A stretch of DNA of 64,000 nt from an uncultured Clostridia bacterium (GTDB lineage: Bacteria; Bacillota; Clostridia; Christensenellales; UBA1242), in contig CANQOO010000002.1 in assembly GCA_947625515.1 (NCBI GenBank), forward strand, positions 22,238 to 86,237, given 5' to 3'. The notes under the pieces are model-generated. The model searched no databases. It saw only the letters and a list, made by a program, of their open reading frames with translations, and had not been told where the DNA came from. Numbering within the stretch: the first letter of the stretch is position 1; each line of letters opens with the position of its first letter. Positions 17,466-27,649 of this stretch are shown one piece after another. A program made the translations under genes and the position numbers.

Positions 17466-20400
17466 ATGTTAGAGCTGAAGAATATAACCAAAGTTTATAA
17501 GACTAAGGCACAAGAAGTCAAGGCACTTGACAACCTCAGCCTTTATTTTGAAGAAACTGGGATGGTCTTTATCACCGGCAAAAGCGGCTCCGGCAAGACA
17601 ACGCTGTTGAACGTGATTGGCGGATTGGACGACTTTGACCAGGGTGAACTCATCATCAAAGACAAAAGCACAAAATCTTTCACAAAGTCGGATTATGACA
17701 GTTATCGCAACACCTACATCGGCTTTGTATTTCAGGAATACAACCTGCTTGATTCTTTGACGATTGAACAAAACTTGGCACTTGCCACAGAGCTTCAAGG
17801 CAAACAGAAAGACGATGAGCAAATCTCAGAGATTTTGAAAAAGGTGGACATCTATGACGTCTTGAAAAGAAAGCCACAAGAATTGTCCGGCGGTCAGCGT
17901 CAACGCGTGGCGATTGCCCGTGCACTCATCAAAAATCCATCAATCATCATGGCGGACGAGCCTACTGGGGCACTTGACAGCGTAAACGGGCTGCAAGTTA
18001 TGGATGTGCTGAAAAAATTGTCAAAAGAAAAACTTGTCATCATCGTTTCGCACGACCTTGACCTTGCAGACAAATATGCAGACAGAATAATTAACCTCGT
18101 TGACGGAAAAGTTGAAAGTGACATCACGCTTGAAGTGAATGAAAAGGCTCGCAAAAAGGTTGCGAAAGGCAAGGACCAGCTTCTCATCAAACGTAACGCC
18201 AAACTTTCTCCAAAAGACCTTGACACAATCAAGACGGCCGTTGCTGAGGGCAAAGACCTGCAAATTACTGACGATATCGGCAAAAAGCGTAAAAAGACGA
18301 AGAAGCAGATACATAAAGAATATTCAAACACAGAATTCATCAAAACTCGTATGAGTTTCCTCGCCACTCTTCGCATGGGCGGCGGAGCATTGAAAACAAA
18401 AGTTATTCGCCTTGTCATCACAATTTTGCTTTGTGCAATTTCGTTCTCGGTGTTTGGCGTGTTTGACTCTATGGCAATTTATGACGAGCATCGGCTGGCG
18501 GTCAACACCCTGAGTGCATCCATTGCTCCTTCAATCACTTTCACAAGCAAGATTATTGAAGAAAATGGCAGAGATTACAGCATAAATGTCAATCAAGCAC
18601 TGATTGACGAAATTGAAAAGCAGTCACACTACACCATAAACGGAGTTTATTCATCCTATTACATGGGTGCCGCCACCCCGACCGAGCTACGTGACAATCA
18701 AGCAGCGAAAATCAGCAAATATTATTTTTATAAAGCAATAAGCGGTGCCGTTGAATTTGATGAAGAAGAGCTTGAAAAACACGATTTTGAAATGCTTTAT
18801 GGCAGGCTCCCAAGCGAGCAAGAAGGTGAAGGCTATGACGAAATTGCAATTTCTGAATATTATGCAAACTGCCTTATCAACTGGGGATATAAATATACAA
18901 ACGATGAGGAAGAGGAAGTTTATCCATCAAGCATCGCAGAACTTGTGAATGAAGAAAAACCTCTCACGCTTGAACTTGGCACATCTTCAACAAAAACATC
19001 CTACAAAATTGTCGGCATTGTGAAAACTGGCACAATCAACATAAAATTCAACAAGTTGCTTGGCAGACCGGAAGACGAAGTTGACAAATTTGACGAAGCA
19101 AGCCAACTTGACCAGAACGAATTTAAAAACTACATTCAAAACGGCTATTTCCTCTATGTGTTCACTCGACCTGGCTTTGCAGAACACGCATTGCAGACCT
19201 ACAACACAGCCACAGAATATAAAAACACCGGATATCGTTTTAAGTTTGCAGTGGACACACCATTCAGCGTAACTTCAACCGCCGGGGAAGAAACAACAAC
19301 TGTCACAGGCGAAAGTGTTGAAAAAGAAATTCCAAGATTCTTCCTCTTTGACGACCTTAAAAATCTTGACGAAGCACACGTGTTCTTCGACCCTGCAAAA
19401 ACCTCACTTGGCCTCAACGAAGTGCTTATTGATGTGACACAATACACAACTTTCTATAAGGATTTGGTAAACATCGTCCTGAATGACGCCCGCGAGTATG
19501 CACAACTTGGGCAAGAATATGCTCTTGCACCTGAACAACACCCAGTCAATCCTTACACAAATTATCTCACCGTAAATTCTCACCTTGAAACAATCAGCAC
19601 CGACAATCAAGTGCTGACAAACAAAGGTGCTTCGGCGGAAGAAAAAATTGACGCAATCAAAGACCTGCTTGTCAACAATGATAGCGACTCCCCGTCTGTT
19701 TATCATGAATTGATTAAATTGATATACACCGACCACGATAAAACAACCCCAACCTTGACGGACATTTTCAATCGCTCGCTCACTTTGACAAAACTTGACC
19801 CAACAAAATATGCCTCCGTTAGCGGCGACTTTGCAACATTGCAAACAGTTCCAGTGAAAAACAACAAATTTAAAATTGTTGGCTTCTACGCCGGCGTAAG
19901 CGATGCCACAAGCAGCTGCTTTATGGTCAGCGAAGAAACTCTTGACAACCTCGGCATTGACAAAAATCAAGGATGTTTTTCCAAACTCATTGCAACCAAC
20001 CTTGGCGGTGGAAACATCAACAAACTAAGTTCTCTGCTTTACAGTTCCCAAGGACTGACATTTGAGACAGTCAACCTTGCCTTCTCGATGATTAAAGCAA
20101 ACCCAGATTTCTTCCAAAACCTGTCTTTGATTTTCCTTATTGGCTCTGCTATTTTCGCATTTTTCAGCATAATCATGTTCTCAAACTTCATTTCAACAAG
20201 CATTCGGGATAAATATTCTGAAATTGGCATTTTGAGAGCTCTTGGTGCAAAAGGTTCTGACATTTTGAAAATCTTCATCATTGAAAGCATCATCATCGCA
20301 CTTATCAATGCGGTCGCAGCAACAGTTATTGCGGCAATTGGCTCACTTATGGTCAACATCTTCTTGTGCAACTATCTCAACTTGTTCATCCCACTTTCAA

Positions 20401-20531
20401 CTTTTGGCATAAGACAATGCTTGATTATCTTTGCACTGAGCTTGGCTGTGGGAATAATCTCTGCAACCATCCCAATCGTCAAAGTTTCCAAACAGAAGCC
20501 TGTTGAGACCATCCGAAGAGCATTTGACTGA
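17466..20531 (+). CDS. fused ABC ATPase / FtsX-MacB-type permease
   Basis: 1021 aa. Walker A GKSGSGKTT, signature LSGGQRQRVAIARAL, Walker B IIMADEPTGALD. C-terminal FtsX-like ILRALGAKGSDILKIFIIESIIIALI. Confidence 0.85.
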   Translation: MLELKNITKVYKTKAQEVKALDNLSLYFEETGMVFITGKSGSGKTTLLNVIGGLDDFDQGELIIKDKSTKSFTKSDYDSYRNTYIGFVFQEYNLLDSLTIEQNLALATELQGKQKDDEQISEILKKVDIYDVLKRKPQELSGGQRQRVAIARALIKNPSIIMADEPTGALDSVNGLQVMDVLKKLSKEKLVIIVSHDLDLADKYADRIINLVDGKVESDITLEVNEKARKKVAKGKDQLLIKRNAKLSPKDLDTIKTAVAEGKDLQITDDIGKKRKKTKKQIHKEYSNTEFIKTRMSFLATLRMGGGALKTKVIRLVITILLCAISFSVFGVFDSMAIYDEHRLAVNTLSASIAPSITFTSKIIEENGRDYSINVNQALIDEIEKQSHYTINGVYSSYYMGAATPTELRDNQAAKISKYYFYKAISGAVEFDEEELEKHDFEMLYGRLPSEQEGEGYDEIAISEYYANCLINWGYKYTNDEEEEVYPSSIAELVNEEKPLTLELGTSSTKTSYKIVGIVKTGTINIKFNKLLGRPEDEVDKFDEASQLDQNEFKNYIQNGYFLYVFTRPGFAEHALQTYNTATEYKNTGYRFKFAVDTPFSVTSTAGEETTTVTGESVEKEIPRFFLFDDLKNLDEAHVFFDPAKTSLGLNEVLIDVTQYTTFYKDLVNIVLNDAREYAQLGQEYALAPEQHPVNPYTNYLTVNSHLETISTDNQVLTNKGASAEEKIDAIKDLLVNNDSDSPSVYHELIKLIYTDHDKTTPTLTDIFNRSLTLTKLDPTKYASVSGDFATLQTVPVKNNKFKIVGFYAGVSDATSSCFMVSEETLDNLGIDKNQGCFSKLIATNLGGGNINKLSSLLYSSQGLTFETVNLAFSMIKANPDFFQNLSLIFLIGSAIFAFFSIIMFSNFISTSIRDKYSEIGILRALGAKGSDILKIFIIESIIIALINAVAATVIAAIGSLMVNIFLCNYLNLFIPLSTFGIRQCLIIFALSLAVGIISATIPIVKVSKQKPVETIRRAFD

Positions 20532-20624
20532 TGATTTGTTGAAACAATTTGAAAAGACTAACAAAATTGTTAAAACAATTTGAGTTTGAAGCATTTCAAA
20601 TTAAAATTTAAATAAATTGGCAAA

Positions 20625-20655
20625 ACAAAAAAACAGCATTTCGCTGTTTTTTTGT
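20625..20655. terminator. bidirectional terminator
   Basis: AAAAAACAGCATTTCGCTGTTTTTTT. Confidence 0.7.
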
Positions 20656-20668
20656 TACTCTGTTTTTG

Positions 20669-22507
20669 TTAACTCAATATTCCCGGCTTTTCGGTGGCAG
20701 TTCTGAAAATCATTTTCTCTTCCTGCCACTCATTTTCAAAGTCGTATGGGCTGTCATAGAGGTCCATAATCTCTTTGTAAGTCGTAAAGCCATTGCCATA
20801 ACTTAAAACATCTTTGCCTTTTCGCACCTTGACGTATTTAAGATAAATCTCGGCAATATCAAACGTGTATTGTGTGTCCAGATATTGAAAAAGTTCATAA
20901 GACAATTTTTTTGTTTTGCCATCCTCTTGGAAAAGCCCATAAGTTGCACTTGGTGCCCCATCTCCTGACGGGGAGTCCGTCATTTTGTAATAAATGAACG
21001 CATCAATGCAGTCCAGCATCATGGCTTTATAATATGCGTATGCAATGCCCGCCGCCTGCAATGGCTCCGCCATTTCTTCAAATCCATAAATCCCGCTTGG
21101 GCAACCGCCTTCCGTCAAATACACCTTCCGCACCTGCCCATTGAAAAGCAAGTCGTCCTGCTTAAAATAGACATCCAAAAGTTCAAGGTTTGTCCAAGTG
21201 ATGCAATAGGTGTTTTCAATATCATTTGTGACAAGCCGTTTTGTTGTTTCTTCATATAAAAAGTTATATTCCAGCAAATCCACCGCATATGGATGTGCCG
21301 CCATGCCCCAGTCAAAATTCCCTTGTGCCTTCACCTTTTTGTTGAAATAGTCCAGAATTTGTTTTGGCTGATAGCACCCGCGTTCTGGGCTTGCACCATT
21401 CCAAAAATGTGTAAGCGAGAGCAAAACTTTGTTGTTTTTATAATATTTTTTTGTTGCCTGCTCGGCGATTCGCACAGTTCTTGCGTATTCTTCAACATAG
21501 TCTTCAAGTGGCAGTGGCTCAACCTTATCATAATTGTCCACAGCGTTCCAGCAACTTGCATCAATTTCATTTCCGATGACAAATCTCTCCACATGCCCGT
21601 GCCTGTTGTTTTTATATGAATATCTCATAGCCAAAAATTCCATCACTGCCGAAAAGTATCCAAGGCCATATTCGTTTGCAGTGTTAATTGCCCAGCACTT
21701 GCTTTTTCCATTGCCCTCAATGTCAAAATCTCGCACGCCAGGATAGGTCATAAAATATGGCGACTGACGTTGGTCTCTTGACGCCACACAAATCAAAATA
21801 AAGACCACGTTGACATTCTGGTCGGTGAAATATTTCACCTCTTTGTCAATGGATTGAATGAGGCTTTTGCGAAAATAATATTTCTTGCCATTGCAATCAA
21901 ATTCAATGGCCGCACTGCCCAAATTAGAGTTGTCAAGAGGCTTGATTTGCCCATTTTCATAAATCTCGTTTGGATAAATTATTGAATTTATGATTACGTT
22001 GTCTTCCGTCCAGCCACAGCCAAGGTCGATGACCTCTTGTTTGTTTTGATTGATTATTCCCTTTTTTGTGATTACTGTCAGCGGTCTGTCATAATGCCGT
22101 TTCGGAGTGATTTCTGTAACAAAATATGGCCCAGCCACCAATTTGCCGTCACAGGCCAGCACAAATTTGTTATACATTTTGTCCTCGCCTGTTTGCGAAT
22201 ATCGCTCCACGCTTATTGTTTGCGTTGTCCCAAGGCAATATTGCCCCACCTTCTCGCCCTGTGCACATTCATCAGTGTTGTAGTATATTCCGCGGTCCTT
22301 TTCGCCTTGAAAATATTCATATGGCTTCAACATGACAACGTCAACTGACCCGCCGCCCTCTTGCGATGAAATTTGAAGGGAGATGTTTTGCTTGTCACAA
22401 CTTGCGACAACCGAAATGCCTTCAATCTCCCCACCTGCACCGCAACCTGGCAGAAAAACTGGGACAAAGAACATAATTGCAAGCAAAAATAATGTTATCT
22501 TTTTCAT
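20669..22507 (-). CDS. lipoprotein, glycosidase-like paralog of 14838-16895
   Basis: Start moved to MKKITLF (GGAGG RBS). Lipobox FLPGC. VIGNEIDASCWN, LTEGGCPSG and QAAGIAYAYYK shared with the paralog. Confidence 0.7.
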   Translation of the reverse strand: MKKITLFLLAIMFFVPVFLPGCGAGGEIEGISVVASCDKQNISLQISSQEGGGSVDVVMLKPYEYFQGEKDRGIYYNTDECAQGEKVGQYCLGTTQTISVERYSQTGEDKMYNKFVLACDGKLVAGPYFVTEITPKRHYDRPLTVITKKGIINQNKQEVIDLGCGWTEDNVIINSIIYPNEIYENGQIKPLDNSNLGSAAIEFDCNGKKYYFRKSLIQSIDKEVKYFTDQNVNVVFILICVASRDQRQSPYFMTYPGVRDFDIEGNGKSKCWAINTANEYGLGYFSAVMEFLAMRYSYKNNRHGHVERFVIGNEIDASCWNAVDNYDKVEPLPLEDYVEEYARTVRIAEQATKKYYKNNKVLLSLTHFWNGASPERGCYQPKQILDYFNKKVKAQGNFDWGMAAHPYAVDLLEYNFLYEETTKRLVTNDIENTYCITWTNLELLDVYFKQDDLLFNGQVRKVYLTEGGCPSGIYGFEEMAEPLQAAGIAYAYYKAMMLDCIDAFIYYKMTDSPSGDGAPSATYGLFQEDGKTKKLSYELFQYLDTQYTFDIAEIYLKYVKVRKGKDVLSYGNGFTTYKEIMDLYDSPYDFENEWQEEKMIFRTATEKPGILS

Positions 22508-22518
22508 GTACGCCCTCC

Positions 22519-24447
22519 TCAATAAAGTCCTTGCAAGATTTCAGAATAGGAAAGAAAATAATATTTGTCCTGCACTGGATAAGCATATTCACTCAGTTTT
22601 GCAAACGCTTCTTCAACTCTTCTGTTGAATTCATCACATTGTTCAAACGCCGGTTCCCCAGTTTTTTGTTTAATTTCTCCACTGAAAAATCTGATAAGGT
22701 TGGAAAACATGTTTTTATAGACAGAATCAACGCTGCCGTTTTGATAATGCTTTGCCATTTGCCCTTGCAGCATGTCCGTCAAGGTGATGAGAAAGTCTGG
22801 CTCCTCGCTGTTTGTCTTGACGCACTGTGCAACAGTCACAAAATCGTCAACCTGAGAAGCGAACAGGTCAATAAAGGCATTTTTGTTTTCCACTGTTTCA
22901 AAATATGATATCGAAAACGCAAAATCGGAGTCTTTAATGTAAATATCTGAATTTATGCCTTTAATCTGTTTTGAGACCGCTCTGTCCAGCGTGTGGAACG
23001 TCGAAAGAATCAGGCGGCTCAAACATTTGGAAGATGCAAGTGCCTCAAAGCGGTGTTCCGCACCCGAAGCATTTATCAGTTCCTGATAAAAATCCCCTTT
23101 CCCAAGCATAAGTGCCGGCAAAAGCGTGCTGTGCTCCTGCTCATCAATTTTTGCTAGCTCTACAATGCTCTGGCACGCGAGATTGATTTCCTGTCTTGCA
23201 ACATCTGCCGATGTGAGGCAGTCTAAATCCAGATAATTTTTAAGCAACGCCGGAATGGTGGTAAGCACATATTTCACAACCGGAAAAACTTCGTCCGCAA
23301 TAGGCATTTTCACAATTTCCGCGATGGCATCAGCAACAGTTTGCAAAAACTGCGAGGTCATAAGTGGACCATAGTTTGCAGAAGCACTGCTTTCGGCAAC
23401 TTTGCTAAGCACATCATTTTCCATGACAATTTGCAAGCCGTCAACAATGTTAGATAGGCTTGCCTTCGTCACGTCAGCGACAAAATAGTTTGCGTCCCGA
23501 AGTTTTGCATCAAAATTATCAAGCGTCTGTGCAAGTGCCTCTTGCAGGTCATATCCGTCCCCAAAACTTGTCACAAACTTTTCTTTGTTTGCGATAAATT
23601 CGCTCACCACCCGATTGAGATTGTTTTTCAGATATGGTAAATCAAAAATATTGTTAAGATTTTCTTTTAAACCTGCAAAATCATTTTCGCCAAAGTTGTT
23701 AATCCCGTCACTGAGATTGTTTATTGTGCCAAGCACATCATTTTTATATGAAATGTTTGTGCCAATGCTGGCAAACCCGTCATAGATGCAGTCATCCAGC
23801 CCCCAAAGAGTGACTATCTTCGCCATAGGGCTGACATTATAGACATTGCATGCCTCAACAATCGTTGCCGGCACGTTGGCGTTAACAAAACTGCCGACGG
23901 AGGAATTTTTGTCTTGGTTTAAGAGACTGCCCGCAGCACCAAAGAGAGATGTAAGCGGCATAAAGAGGAAAGCAGTAAAGACAAACATCTCAAAAAAGCC
24001 AAAAATCATGCCATAATTTCTCGTTTTTTCATTATTTTTGAAGCATTGCTGCTTTTTTAAATAAAATTTTTTAAGCAGCTGATAACCTATTTCAAAAACT
24101 ATGTAACACAGCAGCGAAACAACAATCACAACCAAAGCAAACACGATGACTGCCGCAATGCCCGTTATTCCCGAATCCAAAGTTGCGGAGGATTGCATTG
24201 CACCCGACAAAAAGCGAGCAAGATTTTGCATTAGGGTCACGCCTTGTCCATTTTCAGTGGCAACAGGTATGCGAAGAATTGCCTTAGAAATTGGTGCAGA
24301 AATGACAAAAGCGAAAATAATGCTCATAACAACAAAGCCGCAGTGAACTGCACCATATTTCAATCCTCTTTTCCATCCGAGAAAAATCCCCAGCCCCAAC
24401 AAAATAAAAAAGATTATGTTTATCAATATCACGATTGCATAAATCAT
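22519..24447 (-). CDS. CvpA-like multi-pass membrane protein with large C-terminal domain
   Basis: 642 aa. N-terminus IIFFILLGLGIFLGWKRGL resembles the CvpA family. 4-5 TM helices, then ~450 aa with no recognised family. Same operon as 20669. Confidence 0.6.
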   Translation of the reverse strand: MIYAIVILINIIFFILLGLGIFLGWKRGLKYGAVHCGFVVMSIIFAFVISAPISKAILRIPVATENGQGVTLMQNLARFLSGAMQSSATLDSGITGIAAVIVFALVVIVVSLLCYIVFEIGYQLLKKFYLKKQQCFKNNEKTRNYGMIFGFFEMFVFTAFLFMPLTSLFGAAGSLLNQDKNSSVGSFVNANVPATIVEACNVYNVSPMAKIVTLWGLDDCIYDGFASIGTNISYKNDVLGTINNLSDGINNFGENDFAGLKENLNNIFDLPYLKNNLNRVVSEFIANKEKFVTSFGDGYDLQEALAQTLDNFDAKLRDANYFVADVTKASLSNIVDGLQIVMENDVLSKVAESSASANYGPLMTSQFLQTVADAIAEIVKMPIADEVFPVVKYVLTTIPALLKNYLDLDCLTSADVARQEINLACQSIVELAKIDEQEHSTLLPALMLGKGDFYQELINASGAEHRFEALASSKCLSRLILSTFHTLDRAVSKQIKGINSDIYIKDSDFAFSISYFETVENKNAFIDLFASQVDDFVTVAQCVKTNSEEPDFLITLTDMLQGQMAKHYQNGSVDSVYKNMFSNLIRFFSGEIKQKTGEPAFEQCDEFNRRVEEAFAKLSEYAYPVQDKYYFLSYSEILQGLY

Positions 24448-24470
24448 ACTAAATCTAAATCCTTATTATA

Positions 24471-24500
24471 AATATACCCCCAATGCCTGTCCAAAGTCAA
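24471..24500 (-). promoter_or_regulatory. candidate promoter TTGACT-18-TATATT
   Basis: Minus-strand -35 at 24495-24500, -10 at 24471-24476, upstream of 24447 start. Confidence 0.4.
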
Positions 24501-24763
24501 GTATATTCAAAACATCAAGAAATTTGCGATGCATAAAAAAATCGTGCGTGTGGCACGATTTTGTTTTGCAAATAATATGTGCATGGACTTTTTCTGATTG
24601 ATTCTTCAATGCAGTTTTCGTCGATGCATCTGATTGATGCAATTTCTTATTGACGCATTTGACGCAAGAATGTTTTTCTCATTGCACAAAAATTACATAA
24701 AAGCTGTTTCTAAACACTTTTTTGTTGTTTATAATATTGATGAATGCAATATGAAAAAACATC

Positions 24764-24970
24764 TTATTGCATGCCATATTTCTTCTTGAACTTATCAACA
24801 GTTCCGCTGCTGTCAACAACTTTCTTTTTGCCGGTGTAGAATGGGTGGCATTTGTTGCAGATATCAATCTTGATTGTGTCGCCCTTCACACAAGAGCCGG
24901 ACTTGAAAGTGTTTCCGCAAGCACAAACAACTGTCACTTCATGATAGTCTGGATGGATGCTTTCTTTCAT
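24764..24970 (-). CDS. rpmE: 50S ribosomal protein L31 (Cys-containing type A)
   Basis: [22 protein letters not shown]...[11 protein letters not shown]. Confidence 0.95.
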   Translation of the reverse strand: MKESIHPDYHEVTVVCACGNTFKSGSCVKGDTIKIDICNKCHPFYTGKKKVVDSSGTVDKFKKKYGMQ

Positions 24971-25073
24971 GGTTTTGCTCCTTTTTAAAAATTTTCTTCA
25001 AAAACAAGCAGCAATTTTGGCTTAAACGCCGCAAATCGTGTTTGTCAAAAATTGGCAGTTTACACTGCAAAAA

Positions 25074-25397
25074 TTATTCGCCAATGTATGGCAAAAGAGC
25101 CATGTTTCTTGCTCTTTTGATGGCGTTTGAAAGTTCTCTTTGATGATAAGAGCAAACACCAGTTTGGCGTCTAGGCAAAATTTTGCCGTTTTCTGTGATG
25201 TATTTTTTGATTTTTGCAACATCTTTATAGTCGATTGTCTTTTCGCCAGCCACGCAGAAAGCACAAACTTTCTTTTTTGCAGGTTTGCGGAATTTTTTGG
25301 ATGCAGGTCTTTCTCCTCTTTCTGGGCGTTCTGCATTCTCAGTCTTTGGTGCTTTTTCCACCTTCTCGACAACCTCTTGATTTTCAACTTCGCTCAT
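25074..25397 (-). CDS. rpsR: 30S ribosomal protein S18 with charged N-terminal extension
   Basis: CAFC...[50 protein letters not shown]. Start set at MSEVEN (AAGGA RBS); ORF could extend to 25448. Confidence 0.9.
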   Translation of the reverse strand: MSEVENQEVVEKVEKAPKTENAERPERGERPASKKFRKPAKKKVCAFCVAGEKTIDYKDVAKIKKYITENGKILPRRQTGVCSYHQRELSNAIKRARNMALLPYIGE

Positions 25398-25561
25398 TTT
25401 GTTTATTCCTTTTAAGAGTTTTTCACTCAATTTTTCATTTTTTTGCATTTTTCAGCCTATAAATTTCCATTTCGCTTTTAGGCAGTCAAATTTTCTAGCC
25501 TTTTAAGGCCATTTTCCCATTTTAGCCATTTTAAGCAGAGAAATTTTCCCGCTCAAATATT

Positions 25562-25990
25562 TTAAAATGGCAGACTTTCGTCATCAATTTCCTCAAGCTC
25601 AGCGGTTTGCTTAGCTTTTGGAGCAGGACGGCTTTCTTGTTGCTGATAAGTCGCACCTTCGCCGTCACCAGTGTTTCTTGGACCAACAAATTCAATCTCG
25701 TCAGCAATGATATCCACGGATGTGCGTTTAGAGCCGTCCGCAGCATCATATGTGCCGATTTGGATTCTTCCTGAAACACCGCATTTTGAACCTTTTTTCA
25801 GATATTTATGTGCGTTTTCACCAGGAACGCCCCACACAGTGATGTTGAAAAAATCAGCATCCCTTTCGCCATCTGAATTTGCGAATCTTCTTTGCACAGC
25901 CAGCCCGAAACGGCAAACAGATTTTCCGCTGTTTGTTGTTTGAAGTTCTGGGTCACGTGTCAAATTTCCTAACAAGATAACTTTATTCAT
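25562..25990 (-). CDS. ssb: single-stranded DNA-binding protein
   Basis: MNKVILLGNLTRDPEL OB-fold start and C-terminal tip DDESLPF. Confidence 0.95.
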   Translation of the reverse strand: MNKVILLGNLTRDPELQTTNSGKSVCRFGLAVQRRFANSDGERDADFFNITVWGVPGENAHKYLKKGSKCGVSGRIQIGTYDAADGSKRTSVDIIADEIEFVGPRNTGDGEGATYQQQESRPAPKAKQTAELEEIDDESLPF

Positions 25991-26147
25991 AATTTTTCCT
26001 CAATCTTTTTCTCAAAATTTCTCTTTTTTTGTTGCATAATTTTGTTGTCCAATTGCGAAAATAAATTCGCTTTTTTGACATTTTTGCCGCATTTTTCGCG
26101 TTTTTTTTGCAATTTTAATGTCGGCACAACTTCACTTTTTGGAGCAA

Positions 26148-26438
26148 TTATTTGTCAATTTTTTTAACAAAAATGTGACGCACAATGCCATCGGTGATGT
26201 TCATCAGTTTGCTCATTGCGTCAACTTCGTTTGGTGCAAGGACGATGTTCATCAAAACATAGAATCCTTCATTTTTGAAGTTGATTGGATAAGCAAGCTT
26301 CTTCATGCCAATTTTCTCGACACCCTCAACGCTTCCCTTGTGTGCTTCAACATATGCCTTTTGTTTGGCAATCAGTTCTTCACGTTTTTCTTCAGAAACG
26401 TCGCTGGCAACGATAAACATAAGCTCATACTTGTTCAT
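26148..26438 (-). CDS. rpsF: 30S ribosomal protein S6
   Basis: Start moved to MNKYELMFIV (AAGGAGG RBS); 96 aa. Confidence 0.93.
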   Translation of the reverse strand: MNKYELMFIVASDVSEEKREELIAKQKAYVEAHKGSVEGVEKIGMKKLAYPINFKNEGFYVLMNIVLAPNEVDAMSKLMNITDGIVRHIFVKKIDK

Positions 26439-26510
26439 CTTCTTACCTCCTTTTGGACTTTTGGCTCTCTCTTCAAGAGCAAGGACAGTAAAATTCATAC
26501 TGCAACAAAG

Positions 26511-26539
26511 ATTTTATCATAAACGAAACACTTTGTCAA
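26511..26539 (-). promoter_or_regulatory. rpsF-ssb-rpsR promoter TTGACA-17-TAAAAT
   Basis: Minus-strand -35 at 26534-26539, -10 at 26511-26516. Confidence 0.65.
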
Positions 26540-26543
26540 GTAT

Positions 26544-26570
26544 TTATATAAATTTAAGTTTATAAATGAT
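26544..26570 (+). repeat. 27-bp direct repeat, putative attL
   Basis: TTATATAAATTTAAGTTTATAAATGAT, identical to 40421-40447. Confidence 0.9.
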
Positions 26571-26672
26571 TGTTATTTTGCAATATGTTTTTTAAAAATC
26601 GGTAAGAAATAGGTCTTGCCGATTTTTTAAGTCGATAGTCGGTTATTGATTTTAGGAAAGGAGGTGAGATTT

Positions 26673-26915
26673 TTGGCATCAAGAAGAGTAATGCGACGAA
26701 AAGTAGGACGCAAGGCCGTAACTGCAAAGAGTTTTTGTCGGAAACTTAATCAGGCTAATGATGTTTATTTGACAAAGACAAAAATTGCTGTAAGGCAAGT
26801 TAGGTCCGACTCTCGTGGTCGAATTTCTTCCGATACTACTAAGTATTATCCAAAGACAAAACAAAATTTGTCTTGTGCTGGGAAAATGCTTGGCCGTATT
26901 AGATACGGAAGATAA
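26673..26915 (+). CDS. small highly basic protein
   Basis: TTG start after GGAAAGGAGGTG RBS. ~80 aa rich in R/K (LASRRVMRRKVGRK). Confidence 0.55.
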   Translation: MASRRVMRRKVGRKAVTAKSFCRKLNQANDVYLTKTKIAVRQVRSDSRGRISSDTTKYYPKTKQNLSCAGKMLGRIRYGR

Positions 26916-26943
26916 AAAACAAAATCATAAAAGGAGTTGATTC

Positions 26944-27351
26944 TTGAAACAAAAAAAATATGTTCCTTGGGGAAGAACATTGACAACGCAAGACAATTTT
27001 TTGGGCAAACAACGGACAAATTCAAAGAAAAAAAGGCCGGTTGTCGTTATAGATAATAATGAAAGAAACGAATTAGCCGTTGTGCCCCTGTCTTCAAGAA
27101 GAGGTGCTAATCGCACTCGGTTGAAAAATTATCAACAGGGTCAATCATATTTTAAACATTTTGTTGAGATTGAAGATGACGAAGGAAAGCCTATTGTGAT
27201 TAATCGTAAGTTTCGAGAAAATCATAAAAACATGGATGTTTCTCAAAGAGATGTCTCTAGAATTCGTGATAAAGTTCTTTTTCACTCAAAACCTGGAAAA
27301 CAAAATCAAGAAAAGTTGAGAATTTTGAGAAATAAAAAATCTCGAGATTAA
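26944..27351 (+). CDS. PemK/MazF-fold-like protein (tentative)
   Basis: TTG start with AAGGAG RBS. KKKRPVVVIDNNERNELAVVPLSS resembles MazF RRPALVLS...GLALVCPITS. Tail VSQRDVSRIRDKV. Confidence 0.45.
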   Translation: MKQKKYVPWGRTLTTQDNFLGKQRTNSKKKRPVVVIDNNERNELAVVPLSSRRGANRTRLKNYQQGQSYFKHFVEIEDDEGKPIVINRKFRENHKNMDVSQRDVSRIRDKVLFHSKPGKQNQEKLRILRNKKSRD

Positions 27352-27457
27352 ACCACTCGAGACAATGCCGGAATAAACATCGGCGGGTATGCAATTTCTT
27401 GCAACTGTTGATATGTTATCACAAACAAATTTAAAAGTCAACGCTTTTTTAAAAAAA

Positions 27458-27471
27458 TTGCGACGTCGCAA
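27458..27471. promoter_or_regulatory. perfect 14-bp palindrome TTGCGACGTCGCAA (operator-like)
   Basis: Flanked by A/T runs in the 300-bp intergenic region inside the element. Confidence 0.4.
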
Positions 27472-27559
27472 AAAAAATTGCAGATGTCTTCTCCCCTTTG
27501 TCTGATTATTGCGGTTTTTACATGAGTTGTTTATGCCTAAGAAATTGGACAAACCAAAA

Positions 27560-27626
27560 CTGAATACGACTGTAAGCCCAAGCAATGCGTCTTGGCACAT
27601 ATGCGATAGTTGAAGTTGCTTTAAAT
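27560..27626 (+). repeat. ~65-nt conserved leader element, copy 1
   Basis: CTGAATACGACTGTAAGCCCAAGCAATGCGTCTTGGCACA...ATAGTTGAAGTTG, ~80 percent identical to 27879-27947. Contains the CCAAG-N8-CTTGG hairpin. Confidence 0.7.
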
Positions 27627-27649
27627 AAATCAAATTCAAGGAGTTTTTT

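Noticed and set aside
26544-26570. The 27-bp flanking repeat as a dif-like XerCD site (as used by CTXphi-type inoviruses)
   Set aside because: Alignment by eye to the B. subtilis dif site (ACTTCCTAGAATATATATTATGTAAACT) in either orientation gives only about half the arm positions. The site is next to rpsF-ssb, not a terminus-like location. This remains untested.
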